Below, piece after piece: positions 35,266 through 48,266 of a stretch of 64,000 nucleotides of DNA. The notes beneath the pieces were generated by a model. That model was given only the letters and a program-made list of their open reading frames with translations, searched no databases and was not told the DNA's origin. Position numbers and translations under genes: made by a program. This stretch comes from an uncultured Nitrososphaerales archaeon (GTDB taxonomy: Archaea > Thermoproteota > Nitrososphaeria > Nitrososphaerales > Nitrososphaeraceae), in NCBI GenBank assembly GCA_963709405.1, contig CAVPXM010000055.1, positions 288,001 to 352,000 of the forward strand, in the 5' to 3' direction. Numbering within the stretch: position 1 is the stretch's first letter; each line of letters begins with the position of its first letter.

Positions 35266-35851
35266 ATTAACACGCCCAAGTATAAATATGAAATGACTCG
35301 ATATAATAGTAGTGGGCGCTAGCATTCCTCTCAATTTAATCGAAATAAAGGATGTAACGTACGGGCATTAACTTTGAGGCATAATCAGTTCCTGTTATAT
35401 AAGAGGTGGCAGTACTGGATAGAATTGATGGTTGGTCGAAAGTGTCATCGTTGATTCAAGGTATTGGATGTTGCACTACAGTAACATTCTCAATTTGATC
35501 TAAGTAATGACGGCAATAAAATACTTTTAGCATAACGAGATACGTCGTAGGCCTAACCTTTAATTCTAATAGTTCGAACAGCTCTTAAAACTCGTTCTAA
35601 ATTGGGAATTACCATTTGATGATCAATATAAAGACTACCCAAGTTCTATGTTCAAGCAGCCTGATAACATTCGGAATGCTCATGACGGTATAATCACTTT
35701 TTCGAATTAGATATACCCAATTAGATTCTTTTCTAATTTGTAAACCTGAATAACCGTAAAGACTTTAGCAACTATAACAATTCACTATAAGATAACGAAT
35801 GAGAAAGGAATCGAATCATATAAAATCCTACCCTACCAAAGTATTTGCAAA

Positions 35852-36040
35852 TTGCCACGGCCCGTAATTATTACTCGAGATAATATGACACATAGAATAA
35901 GTTCTATCATCAATAGCAGACAAAATGGGCTTTGTTATTTTTGTGGGGTAAAAATTAATGGCACAGACGTTATTGTGAGCACAGGGATTCCTCGAAGCTA
36001 TTATCATATTGAATGCGCCAAGCGGCTTCACATTATTTAA
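35852..36040 (+). CDS. Small zinc-finger protein
   Basis: CYFC...YYHIECA ligands. Confidence 0.55.
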   Translation: MPRPVIITRDNMTHRISSIINSRQNGLCYFCGVKINGTDVIVSTGIPRSYYHIECAKRLHII

Positions 36041-36337
36041 CTTAATGAATTCATAAATTCTAGCTGAATCAAATATACTTAATCTAGATTTATACTAGAA
36101 AAGTTGATTTATAAGCTGAAGGTGTTTTCTAGTGATTTTACTACCGTAGTCTTTTGCTGGAATGGGAATATTAGCTTCCTGATGCATCAATTCAAATTAA
36201 TGCCTAAAGATGTTCATTATAGAAATTATAGACAGTTTTGAGGTTGATTCCTCATATCTTTTCCTGTATCCTTTATCCCTCATTGTTAATTTGTATATTG
36301 GGTGTAGAATTATAGTAAAGGAATAAAAAGTCAGATC

Positions 36338-37552
36338 TTATAACATCTTTTCAAAGAATATGCTCAAGTTGTTACTACTTAAGGTTACGTTAATCATTTT
36401 CATGTTATAAGTGATAATAGGAAGTGGGATCACATTTGCCAGAGTTCCAGTAGGAGTTCTTACTTTTATAATTATATCTCCCCCACTGACACGTTTGATA
36501 TCAAAATCTTTTTGCTCTGTGAATGGGACTTTTACTACCAAATGTAACTTGCTTTGACCTTCCTGTACTATGGAAAATGGTTTGCCCTGATACATTATAT
36601 CCATAGCATTCTCTTCTTCTCCAAATAGCAGGTTAGCATTAAAACGAAGCGAATTTATTCCAGCTAACTCTGTGGAGTGAAGCGGGACTTCTTTGACCGG
36701 AAGAGGATAGAAATTTACTCGCGCTTCCTCTACCTTACTCCGATGAAAATATGACCACTTTGAATAATAGTTCTCAGGGTCATCATCGTGTCCTACTGAT
36801 GGCATGGGCCAAATCTTATTTACTATGGCTAGATCAACATTGATGCCGTATAAGCTCGCAGACATTAAGGCTCTTTTTGCATTTTCTATACTGAAGGAAT
36901 CTGGATTTGCTACTAATCTAATACTTGTTACATTATTGTCTGTAATTATATTCGCTAAACTACTTAGCCTACGAAAAAAATCCTCTTCGAATTGCAAGAT
37001 ATTACTTGGAATAGAAATGCCAGAAAAGAGGTGGAACATTTTTGAAAATCCAGAAAACAAACCAAAAACACCAGTTAGTTTTTTACCAACGGTGCCGACA
37101 AGTTTAGGAAAATACAGATATCTTAATGCCTCGCCTGACGCAGGCATATCAAGAATAACTGCATCAAATGAATCAGCGCGTGCAATTTCTTCAACCTTTA
37201 ATAAAGAAAATAGCTGAGTCATACCGGGCATCATGGCTATTTCATATGAAATACTTTCATCAATCCCTTTTTGGGTAAATACTGATGCCATGTAGGCAAG
37301 TAAGTTATTGTATTTCGTGTTAATTTCGTTTATTGGGTCAACCTGCAACAAACGGAGATTAGGAATAATTTCTTCCGTATCATACTTTTCTGCATTCTCA
37401 TCAGACAGCATAAACGCATCGCCTAATGTATGTGCCGGATCAGAGGAAATTAACAAGGTTTTGTGATTTCTGTCAGCAAGGCTAATAGCGGTCGAAGCCG
37501 ATGTAACAGTTTTGCCTGTTCCGCCTTTTCCGGTGTATATGATTACCCTCAT
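36338..37552 (-). CDS. ArsA/Get3-family ATPase with C-terminal HSP20-like extension
   Basis: GKGGTGKT, SSDPAH and LDMP motifs. Confidence 0.9.
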   Translation of the reverse strand: MRVIIYTGKGGTGKTVTSASTAISLADRNHKTLLISSDPAHTLGDAFMLSDENAEKYDTEEIIPNLRLLQVDPINEINTKYNNLLAYMASVFTQKGIDESISYEIAMMPGMTQLFSLLKVEEIARADSFDAVILDMPASGEALRYLYFPKLVGTVGKKLTGVFGLFSGFSKMFHLFSGISIPSNILQFEEDFFRRLSSLANIITDNNVTSIRLVANPDSFSIENAKRALMSASLYGINVDLAIVNKIWPMPSVGHDDDPENYYSKWSYFHRSKVEEARVNFYPLPVKEVPLHSTELAGINSLRFNANLLFGEEENAMDIMYQGKPFSIVQEGQSKLHLVVKVPFTEQKDFDIKRVSGGDIIIKVRTPTGTLANVIPLPIITYNMKMINVTLSSNNLSIFFEKML

Positions 37553-37592
37553 TTTCGTTTACGACTTACCGATATAAGATTTGAGATCAACA

Positions 37593-38348
37593 CTACGATA
37601 AGTTCGAGGTCACAAAATTGATAAGTCCATAGCTGTGTCGTAGCGTCCTTCTGATTGCCATATTATATCCATATATTGTCACTGCATATTCCTCGAGTAT
37701 TGGAATCATTTGATCCAATGAGTCGCTCAAGTAGAATCCAGGACAATCACCTGTAAACTGAAATGTGGCATGAATTGCAGGTAATTCATTCTCAATATTT
37801 ATCCATGAAGCGAATGGATAAAGCCAGCAAACTCCTGGCTTTTCTGGTTGTAGTCTGCAATTACCTTCATTGCTCAAGAATCTACATCTCACAGGGGTAC
37901 CATCCTCGTTGTCTTTCTCGTCTGTTTTACGCTTCAACGAAAGCATAGTAAATGAAGTACTTATATTTCCTCGTTCATCCTTTTCGTCCCAACTTGATAT
38001 CCGTGTTTCATTCTTCAGAAATTCTGACTCCAACTTGTATCCCATTTTGCGTGTAATTATATGGACATCATCAATTGTCAATGGCAACCTACCTTGCCGG
38101 TTGCAGCAGTTATGACAATCGGGCCATAAACATTTCCACAAGACATACAATTTGTCATTCGCAAGAGTTGGAATATGAAATGTCACCTTTCCTATTCTCA
38201 AAGTAGTATCAATTACGTCAGTTCGGCCACCAACCTGTAGATCATATACCTGTGGTTCAATGGGCCAATCCTTCGCGAGGAGATCTAACGACTCCTTTAC
38301 TGAAGACGATGAAGTTGCCAAATATGACCTAAATAATGATGTATGCAC
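37593..38348 (-). CDS. YkgJ/UPF0153 cysteine-cluster protein
   Basis: C..DCHNCC, CRFL...C...KP..CWLYPF motifs. Confidence 0.8.
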   Translation of the reverse strand: MHTSLFRSYLATSSSSVKESLDLLAKDWPIEPQVYDLQVGGRTDVIDTTLRIGKVTFHIPTLANDKLYVLWKCLWPDCHNCCNRQGRLPLTIDDVHIITRKMGYKLESEFLKNETRISSWDEKDERGNISTSFTMLSLKRKTDEKDNEDGTPVRCRFLSNEGNCRLQPEKPGVCWLYPFASWINIENELPAIHATFQFTGDCPGFYLSDSLDQMIPILEEYAVTIYGYNMAIRRTLRHSYGLINFVTSNLS

Positions 38349-38824
38349 CTTTAAATGTGCCTAAAATGTGTGCTTCCTCCTACTTAGACTATGTCCTAGA
38401 CCCTGATTTATGCTAATTCCTAATAAAATCTATACTTTTTCTATATTGGTTTATTCGCTTTGTCCATCAGTATTTGAAAAAATAACAAAATAGTTCAGTG
38501 TCATGATGGAAATTCAAAAAAAATGAAATGTGGGGGGGCTCCCATACGCATTACCAAACTATTCAGGATTACGCATCAACCTTGACATCTAATTCATCCA
38601 TTCTAGAATAACTGCCAAGTGAAGAGTTTCTTTTACCTCGCAAAACATTAGGCAGATCGAAATCCAATCTTCTTTCAGATTATGCAGATTTAAAGACAAA
38701 ACAGAGATCCATTCCAAAGCTACAGGTATCTCGAAAGCAAATATGGTAGGTATCAAACAGCGTCTACTGTAACAATAGACAATAGGAGAAGCAGCCGGGT
38801 TGTGTTTTGGTTGGATTCCCGATT

Positions 38825-40577
38825 CTATTGGTGCGCAGATGGCGAGACATTGAGGGCGGATTGCGGGCTTTGAGGCAAAACTTGAACACCAACTATCTTA
38901 TCTGCAGTTTTTTTGTTTCCATATGCATCGTTATACGTTATGTGAATTGTTAATACCTCTAGCGGTACCTGCAACAGCAATACTGGGAAAGATGGCTGTA
39001 TCCACTTTTTTGAGCTGATTTGCCTGGACAGATCCGATGTTAAATGTACTGCTTCCTAAAATTATGAGAGGGATTATATTATTTTGTTGTACGACGTTAG
39101 TTGATACTGATAGATTCCGAACTGATGGAGTAACGATGTTGTTAGCAGTGGCAGCTTGGATTCTTGCCAAGACGTCAGCTATTACACCATTGGCTGTCGC
39201 AGAACCCTCGTTTCTAATTATTAGAGCTACTCTAGTTGCGGAGCCTGGATTTGCAGACAACACACTTAACTGACTTGCCGATACCAATGATGATTGGATT
39301 CTATTCCCAGTTAATACTTGTGATTCTGGGAGGGCGATTGCATCCAATATAACTTTGCCGCTTATCCTGAATGGAATATCAATCGTTCTAGAAGTAGACT
39401 CAAATGGCGTGATTCGATTTGTGATCTGACGGTTTGATTTGTCCCTTGCATCTAGTTTATCCAGTGATTTTAATATCTGAATCGATGCGGAGGCATTTAT
39501 TCGCCGGGAGAGATCAAATGCCTTTGCTTTATCTGCTGTGTTAAACTCTGATTTTATTTTCCTCTCCTGTTCAAGTGTAAAGAAATGTAGTTTTAGTGAG
39601 CCGTGATATAACTTTCCAACCTGAGCAGAAGGACCGACATAAACTGGAAAATATAATACGAAAGTCTGTCCAGCCTTTACTAGTCCGTTATAACTTGCTA
39701 TCGCGGTATCGCTATCATTATTATTGCTTATACTATTGCTGCTATTGCCTGTCAAACTCGAATTAAGTATACTTGAATTAGCAGCAGGAATGATGGGTGA
39801 TGCATTGGTGGGCGCGACGGTTGAATTATTCGCAGGATCACTGGTATCGGGTGAAACGATTGCTTGAAATCCGGCTGGCAATTGTAAAGACCCACGAATA
39901 CTTGTTACATCTACAAAACCTCTATTTATTAACACCACTGCAAGTATTGAATTTCCTTCTCCTGGACCAACCTCTTGCCTAAGTACTGGTGGTAACGCCT
40001 GTGCCGGAGTTCTATCAGATGACGATCCGGCATCAATACCACCTGGGGCTGTATTATCAGTCCAATACGAATTTACAAATTGAAATCTGACCGGACCTTC
40101 AGTTATGTTCTTAATAGTAGCACTAGATGTAGATTTACTTTTATTTATTGAAAGGTTTTTACTTATCTGTAAAAATCTTGAAGTTGGGGTAAATGAGGAA
40201 TTAGAGGTTGGCTTTCCAAATTGTATGTTATTACCACATACAAAAGTATTGTTTTGCTGGGTTTGTGCAGGTGCAATCTGTACGTTACCACACATAATAC
40301 TCGAATTGTGTGGAGATTGTGATAATGCGTTAGAGAAATTGGAAGAAAAAAAGACTGACGGTGAGCTCGATGTCGAAATAGCCTGAGCCCTTGGTAACAT
40401 CTTAGCAATAATATCCAACTTGGCTAATTGCATTGCAATAGTGATCGTACTTGATAATAAAAGTAAGATGAAAGTAAATGCGACTAAATAATAAGGTCGA
40501 ATATAATAATAAATTTTGATGCGTCCTCTATCCTTTGTTTCACTACTAGTATCCTTTTTATGATTTCGTAGACGCAT
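38825..40577 (-). CDS. COG1361-like surface/S-layer domain protein (frameshift ~38960)
   Basis: N-terminal TM/signal, Ser/Asn-rich linkers, EVGPGEG..LAVVL and IRNEGSATA motifs; continuation ITYNDAYGN read by hand to a TAG at 38825. Confidence 0.7.
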
Positions 40578-40781
40578 AGTCCTTAGGTATTTTGCGAGCT
40601 TCAGATTTATGGATGATGGAGATTTTATTTTAATCTGTACCTGTATGAACTTTATCCGAACATTCTATAGATGGAATGTAAAAAGTTCCAACATGGTACA
40701 TTCGACGAATGTATCGAATGATTTTTATAACTATAACAAGTAGATATTTTGATAGCGTAATATATCTAGTAATAGTATCGT

Positions 40782-41525
40782 TTGGGAAAGGTTAAAGTGA
40801 TTATGAATGCCAATTACAGGCGGGGGTATGAGGTAGAGACACTGAAGGTTGAAAATCTCACTAAGATTTACAATTCCTCGATGGGTAAGGTCGTACCGTT
40901 AAAAAATGTGTCCTTTTCAGTAAACAAGGGTGAATTTGTATCAATAGTAGGTCCTTCAGGAAGCGGTAAATCAACCCTAATGAATATGCTAGGAGCATTG
41001 GACAGGCCAACTTCTGGAAAAGTCTTTATTAACGGGATTGACATCTTTACATTGAACGACTCACAGCTTTCGACTCTAAGAAATAATACAATAGGCTTTA
41101 TCTTTCAATCTTATAATTTAATCAACAGGACGACGGTTTTAAAAAATGTAGAATTTCCGGGCATTACAGGTGGAATGAGCGACAAAGATAGAAGGCGTCG
41201 TGCAGAAAAGATTCTAGGGTTCCTCGGTATTCGCGATAAGGCCAAGTTTAAGCCGACGAATTTAAGCGGAGGTCAACAACAACGAGTTGCAATCGCAAGA
41301 GCATTAATGAATAATCCAAAAATAATTCTGGCTGACGAACCGACAGGCAATCTGGATACGAAGACCGGAGAAGATGTATTTGCACTGCTTACTATGCTCT
41401 CTAATAAATTTTTAAGAACCATAATCATGGTTACTCACAATCCTGATCTTGCTGCCAGAACTGATAGAGCAATCCACATTCGAGATGGCGCGATAGAAAG
41501 AGAAGTTGTTAATATTGAAAATTAG
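40782..41525 (+). CDS. ABC transporter ATP-binding protein (LolD/MacB type)
   Basis: [26 protein letters not shown] and MVTH motifs. Confidence 0.95.
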   Translation: MGKVKVIMNANYRRGYEVETLKVENLTKIYNSSMGKVVPLKNVSFSVNKGEFVSIVGPSGSGKSTLMNMLGALDRPTSGKVFINGIDIFTLNDSQLSTLRNNTIGFIFQSYNLINRTTVLKNVEFPGITGGMSDKDRRRRAEKILGFLGIRDKAKFKPTNLSGGQQQRVAIARALMNNPKIILADEPTGNLDTKTGEDVFALLTMLSNKFLRTIIMVTHNPDLAARTDRAIHIRDGAIEREVVNIEN

Positions 41526-44500
41526 AATTGTTAATCTTCCGATGTTGAAGAGCTTCGTAACAATAACGTGCTTGGTACTACTCCTTTTAGGTGGGTCTAT
41601 CTCGAATTTAAGTGAGCTATCTTTAGCATTACCATCAAATGTGTCTGCTCCCGCATTGCATTCAGTACCGTTAAAGGGAACGCAAGATCAGTCGTTCATC
41701 CATATCACCGCAGGAAAGGTTCAAGATTTTAACTTTAGTATTAGTGGAAGCTCTAACACTCCTAAGACTAGTATAAACCCACTCCTAACCTCACAAGAAC
41801 AACCATTGCCAAGGATATCCGATTTGTCAGTCTCGTTGGCTTCACAATCTGGCTCGGTAAGAATTCTGGGCAACACCCATTGGAATTTGCAGAGTATCCA
41901 ACCGGGCTCCAACGTTGTGCTTTCTACACAAGTTTACGCTTCATCTGCATTAATAGGATCCCCAGTCTTTTTTACAGTAGCAATACAATATATTCAAAAT
42001 GGCCAGCAGGTAAAAACAGAGTCATTTGATATAGGAGCGATTGTAGTTGGTGACATTAAATTACAAATAAATAATATTGGTATTAGATATATAGGTAGCA
42101 CTCCGAATCTTGTTGGCAATTTACTAAACGAAGGTAATACTCCTGCACTTTTTACTAACGTCGAAATGCTTCAACAGAAACAACAGTCTAAAGTCAATAA
42201 TTCGCTCGGATCTCAAACGTCAGATAAAGGTATTGTAATCTTACCGTTATCCTCAGATTATCTAGGCAGTATTCCTGCTAATACACCTGTGCCTTTTAAT
42301 ATCCCATTAAAAATAACTCAACAGCCCATCAGGATAAATGAACAGCAAAACAATATCAATGCTCGGATTAACCAGATAGGAGCTGAGTCTACTTCCGAGA
42401 ATGTTGTTCAGGATTCAAGTGTAATTCCTAAGAAATTACCAGATCCGAATCTGCAATCCGAGAATCGACCAATTTTATACCCTGTTGCATTAAATATCAC
42501 TTATAGTGATGATCTAAAAAATGACCATCAACTTATCGTAAACAAAACCTTAGGCTATAATTTCGAGTTAGGACAAGTGCAAAATGCTCAGAACAAATTG
42601 GAATACAGTACTTCAGATCAAAACCAAAACTTCCCGAGTCAGGGTGGTAGTTTTTTTACTAATGGCTTCATAGACGCGTATTGGGCGACTAATACATCAG
42701 TTTGTTCAGCAAACAGCAATTCATCTACACTATCTGTATGTTCATCCACGTCTTCAGCGCTTCCTGTTCCCCCTCAACAAGAAGTTGGTCCAGGAGAAGG
42801 GCAATCTATATTTGCAGTTGTATTGAGTAACACAGAATTTACAGATATTAATGGTATTATTGGTTACCTAACCTTACCCCCAGGTTTTACTTCGGCGACG
42901 AGTGCTGGAGCTGGCCTGATCAATAATAATGGACTTAATGAAAAAAATGCTAACCCCCCAAATGTAGCACAAAGCAAAATTTCCGGTATACTATCACCTA
43001 GTTTGCAGCAACCACAAACAGCAATTGCTAGCTTCACGAATTTAGTCAAATCGGGCCAGACATATACACTCTATTTCAAAGTAAATATTGGCAAGGGAGT
43101 AAAGGTCGGAGATTATTTGGCCTCCCTTAGGATATTCTACTTTAAAGTGCCGGCACTGGAACCAGGGCTATATAATTCTCAGTCTTTCAGGATACCCTTT
43201 TTCCTTCCTGGCAAGGTTATTTTAGATGCGAGTTCGAAAACAACTACTCTGAAACCTGGATTATCCAATACCGCAAGTATAGAAATTAGGAATAAAGGGA
43301 CTGCAAATGCGAACAGTGTTCTTGTCTCTATTACAGGGATAAGCGGTAACACCATTGCGAATAATGTTGTCATTAATCAACCCGGCACGATAAGCAGTAG
43401 TAATACTACAACTAGTCCCTCAAATCCTAGCGGTCAGATAACGACTACATCTCCTACATCAAGTATTCCTACTGTAAATTTAGGGGCTAGGACCTTCAAT
43501 ATTGGGACAATTCCCGTTAATGGAACAGCAGAAATCAATCCGATCATATATCCATCAGAATCAGCTGGCGGAACATTGCAGAACTTGAATCTTCAAATTT
43601 CGTACACAGCTGCAAATGGCAATGCAAAAAGCTCAAACTTCTCAGTAGGACTGCTTGTTTTACCGACTCCTCCTGAGGCTGGTATAAGTGTCGGATCATC
43701 GATAACCCCCTCTATCAACAGTAGTAGGATCTCAAATAACAATCAAAATAATAACACGAATAGGATTACTTCTTCAGGTATAACTGCAAGTGCATCCTCG
43801 TTTGAATTAAACAACCAAGAAAAGCAAGGAATTACAATCACACCCTATTAAATACTACAGTGCTGATGCTCACGATCCCAAATACTTTACAGATTTTAAA
43901 AACAGCACCAATAAAGATTACACTCAAGTTCCGCACTTAAACAATATAGCCTACCGTGATCCCGGGAATAATGCTAATGCAAATGTTATGGGAATTACCC
44001 CCTTCCATGGCAATTTGAATAGTTCTTCGCTGATCCTGACGGCTGGCAAAGTGCAAGATATGAAATTCACTATTGCCAATAACAATGATTTTCCCATTAC
44101 GAATGCGGTTGCATCCATAGCATCTGAATCTAACGATCTAGAGATTGTTGGAAATTCACTCTGGAGTATTCCAAGTTTTGCACCACACTCCAAGCATGTG
44201 TTCACAACTAAAATCTACGCTTCTACATCTTTAATAGCTGCACCTGTATCATTTTTAGTAACGCTTCAATATATTTCCGGTGGGCAGTCAAAAATTGGAT
44301 CCTTTGTTTTGGGCGGAAATGTCGTTGGTGATATAAGAGCCACCGTTACAGACTTGGCTGTAAATTATGTGGCCGGTACGCCAAACCTAGTAGGGAATCT
44401 TTTAAACCAAGGAAATACAATAGGCCTCTACACTACTGTGCAATTAGTAAACCAGCCATTTTCAAGCGGCTCAGAGTCTCAGATAGGTAATAACCAGCCC

Positions 44501-45044
44501 CATCCTCAAAAAGGGGCTCAGGATCAGGCCAGAGAAAGCAAACCCCAGTCGATAGGATCCTCTGCCGCATCATATTTTCTTCCTCCTGCTCAATACCTAG
44601 GCGATCTTCAACCTGACTCTCCATTGCCTTTTAGTATTCCACTGACAAATGTCGATAACTCTACCCTTTTAGGCGAGCCACCCAGTTTCTCTTAAGATAA
44701 CTTACAGTGACGATCTAAAAAATAGTCATGATGTAACAATAAACCAAACTCTACTAGTCAAACCGCAGATATCGCACAACCGAGGAGATCGTCACGGACA
44801 AAATACCATATTTGGTATCCCTTTTCCAATTGTAATAATAGCAATTATTGCCATCATCGCTCTCATACTGATAAGAATTATTAGAAAAAGAAGGAAAGCT
44901 AGAGCAGAAGCGCTTCTTAGTTCTGATATCAACCAACAAGGAATCGATGAGGACGATATCGAAAAATTGCTCGACTCTTCCGAATCTCCAGATAACGGCA
45001 GTCATAGTATTGAGGACCGGAAATCCAGCATTAGAAAAAAATGA
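41506..45044 (+). CDS. Large COG1361-like surface protein with C-terminal TM anchor (apparent frameshifts ~43850 and ~44690-44800)
   Basis: Repeated TPNLVGNLLN(E/Q)GNT modules; C-terminal IVIIAIIAIIALILIRIIRKRRK read by hand; TGA at 45042-45044. Confidence 0.72.
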
Positions 45045-46301
45045 AATTGTTACAGATCATACCGCGTGCCGAGACTCGGAAGGGATTGGAGTTGGATTTG
45101 GCGTGCAATTGTATTACTAATACCCTTCAGCCGTAAGAAACGATAGTACGGCTTATATGTTATCAGGGCTATTATCGCGTGCTGACCGTCCCAAGAAAAG
45201 GCATGCATAGGATAAATGCATTATAGAGCCTTAACGGGCCAGGCCAGCCGCAGCACTCCCATTAATCGGGGAAACGACACGACTGCGGGCACTGAGTCCA
45301 TCGTGGATTCCGGAAGAGCAAAAATAGCAGCTTTTCCACGGCAGCAACCAGCCCAGGGGACATAACCAGCCATATTTTTAACTGCTTGCTTTACTTGCTT
45401 GCTAGGTGATGGAGATTAGCAAGGGGGGTGGTTTGGGTTAATTACCAGTCATTATTAAGTAATGGCGGACCTTTTCGATAATATTGGGCAATTGCTCAAA
45501 CAGCATTAAAGTCTCAAATAGACATCCTAAAGGATATCGTTATTCAACTTTCAGATGTCAAAAATAATGAAAAGATCGAAAGTAGTTTAGATGGTATGTT
45601 CAAACAATATGATTCCTCGTTCTAGATAATTCCCCGGTGACTATATTTCCCGGTTCGTCGTGGTGCGGAAAAGATAGATTTAGCACAAACTATGAGATTG
45701 AAGCCATGTATGCATGTCTTCGGCTAAGTCAAAAGGATTTTACGAGATCGGAGTTGGATTCACTTCAGGCTCGTTATGTTTTTTGGTAATTCTACAGCAG
45801 TATGGTTAGTAATTATTGATTGGTATGTAATTTTGACTGTAGTCAATGAGTCCATTTTATATCCTCATTAGATAACATGTAAGACAACATTTGTTGATGT
45901 AAATTCAGTACTTTGTGGTAACATGATACGTGCTGTCTTGATAATTAGAATTGATGTGATTATCTTTATGCCTTTCCAATAGTTTACACTCCTGCTACCA
46001 CTGTTACCATTACAATACCATTTCCATTACGAGAAGGAAAAGGATTAACCTATCAAGTCTCAGATAGCTTATCAATCGATTCGTCTAGATTCAATCTTCT
46101 CTAATCTCTCTTTCGATGATCTCACATTCATATGGATGCTGCATTTTCGAATAAACCGGCCTTAAATTCGTTGCATTCTCTTATTACTTTTAATGCAAAC
46201 AGCATGTCTCTTGGTGATAAGTTACTATATTTTGTTATCGTGATTATTGAACATTGCACATCTTCAGGACTGAAGTGGAAAATTAGCAAACGGCATGATC
46301 G

Positions 46302-46973
46302 CTATATGAAATGCTGATCTTCTTTGTTTGCTTTTTCCCTTACGTGAACATCTGCTGATGGCACAACTTCTGAATCCGGATATGTCTCTGTTGATGGTTG
46401 CAATAATTTTGGTGAATCTGTATTGTCATTAATCATGCTATCAAGAAACGCTTCTGTTAAATCTTCTACTCTCTGACTGAACAGTTGTTCTGCCTTGTCT
46501 AGTAAAAAATTCTCGTATACATAGTCATTGTTAGTGTAATTGCAACGCGACTGTTCGTCTGAATATAACCCATTAGTATATGAACCGCTTTCTCTTGATG
46601 GTAATGAAGGTAATTCTGTTGTTTTAGTGACAATTGGCAAGTTATGGTACAGAATATTAAATTTGCTGGGATCACTTCTACAAGAATCTATAACGGATAT
46701 AAAAGCTGTTCTCAACAGACCTCGATAATTCATGAGCGTGTCCTGAACTCTCTGTTTAACTTTCTCCCTAACCTTCAGATAGTCTTCATTATTATTCCGA
46801 AATTGCTTAACAATAGACTCTCGTCTTACTTTCTCTATTCGCAATCTAGTCAGAGCAAGATGCTCCTCTGTACATAAATCACGATAATGGTTCAATAATC
46901 TGTGTTCCTCAGATATGTCATTACCCAGCTGTTCAAAGGTTTTAGATGCGTGTAAGTTATTGGCCGTTAGCAA
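46302..46973 (-). pseudogene. C-terminal part of a coiled-coil protein of a type I associate with Nitrososphaeraceae integrated elements
   Basis: FRNNNEDYLKV..AFISVIDSCRSDP..LLDKAEQL pattern; no clear start. Confidence 0.45.
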
Positions 46974-47305
46974 TGCCTCTTCTCTTCTAAGATCTTCACA
47001 TGTTCTTTCAATTGATGATCGCCTTCTTCTCCTCTCTGGCGAATCCTATAAGAGAACTATATCGTTGCGGGTTCGGTGGTTCTCGCACTAATGGCAGTTC
47101 TAAAAAGAAACTCAATAATACTAACATAAACCTAGCTATTAAGTTTTCTGTCGAACGAATAGAGTTGCCTTACTAAGGACAACCTGTGATAGGGTCATAA
47201 CAGGATTTACAAATGTAGAGCCAGGCTTTAGAACGAATCTATACCTTCAAATTATAATATCCGAAAAATATAAAGCTAAATTAGTCGAAATACTATTAAC
47301 AAGAA

Positions 47306-47659
47306 ATGGGTAATTCATTCATGCCACCTGCTACACCAAAAGTTATTGGGACTAATAATATCAAAGAAGATCACGAAGAAGTTATTTCAATAACTGAAAA
47401 AATAAATCTTACCAAGAAGCAATATCAAGTCTTGAATATTATTTGTAATACATATGAGGAATCTATTTCGCAATATCTAGAAGAGGCACTAGTCGAAGCA
47501 ATGAGATTTGATATAGAAGAAGGTAACTTCTGTGATGCTTTGCTGGAAAAGATAGGCGAAGATAACAGTAAAAAGGATACCTCTACTTCACCCTCTACCA
47601 CTCTTGCTGCCAACCTGATAAACAGTGATTTAAATTTGCTTAAGAAGCTGCAGACATAG
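47306..47659 (+). CDS. Hypothetical protein (possible ribbon-helix-helix)
   Basis: INLTKKQYQVL..ISQYLEEAL; TATA-like AATATAAA upstream. Confidence 0.55.
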   Translation: MGNSFMPPATPKVIGTNNIKEDHEEVISITEKINLTKKQYQVLNIICNTYEESISQYLEEALVEAMRFDIEEGNFCDALLEKIGEDNSKKDTSTSPSTTLAANLINSDLNLLKKLQT

Positions 47660-47789
47660 ATACCGTAGTTACATAAGATTCTATAAAAATGGCACCAAAT
47701 CTTATGTAACTGGACATATACACAGTTTTGAATTAGCAAGCTCTTACTGTCTGCTAACAATATTACCATTCTGCAGCATATACACTTAC

Positions 47790-48266
47790 CTACAATATCT
47801 GATTGTTATTATTGCAATCGTTATTCAATTCTTCATTATTTGGCATATGATCGCCAATGTATTTTTTCTTCAACTTCTTGCTTTCAGGATCTTTCCAGTA
47901 TGCGTAGTAGTAAGGCCCATGCTTTTGTTCACACATCTCTTTTCCGCACTTGATGTATTCCTTTCTTATTGTTGCATTCTCAGGTATTGATTTGACTCTA
48001 TTAGCACAAGCAAGCTGTTTTGATTTCATTTTATTTATGAACTTATTTGATTTCTCAATTGTCTTGTTAGCGTTTTCAAGTACTTTTTGCAATGAGGCGT
48101 GCCTATTTCCAAAAAGAGGTTTACTCCAATCAAATGATAGCTTCCTGCTGTTGTATTTATACAGAGATCCTAATTCGTTGAAATGTGACTGCGATCTAGA
48201 GTTGTTATCATTACTGTTGTTGCTGGGGACATTATGATATCTGCCTAAGCGTTTTGTATTAGTCAA
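47790..48266 (-). CDS. Small basic Zn-binding protein (DUF6788-like), mobile-element associated
   Basis: EYIKCGKEMC..HGPYYYAYW..KKKYIG motif. Confidence 0.65.
   Translation of the reverse strand: MTNTKRLGRYHNVPSNNSNDNNSRSQSHFNELGSLYKYNSRKLSFDWSKPLFGNRHASLQKVLENANKTIEKSNKFINKMKSKQLACANRVKSIPENATIRKEYIKCGKEMCEQKHGPYYYAYWKDPESKKLKKKYIGDHMPNNEELNNDCNNNNQIL

Noticed and set aside
45061-45440. GC-richer non-coding stretch as SRP RNA or RNase P RNA
   Set aside because: Fragments such as GCCAGGCC and CGGAAGAGCA are not contiguous as in SRP helix 8, and no RNase P P4 motif was found; cannot be supported without an Infernal search
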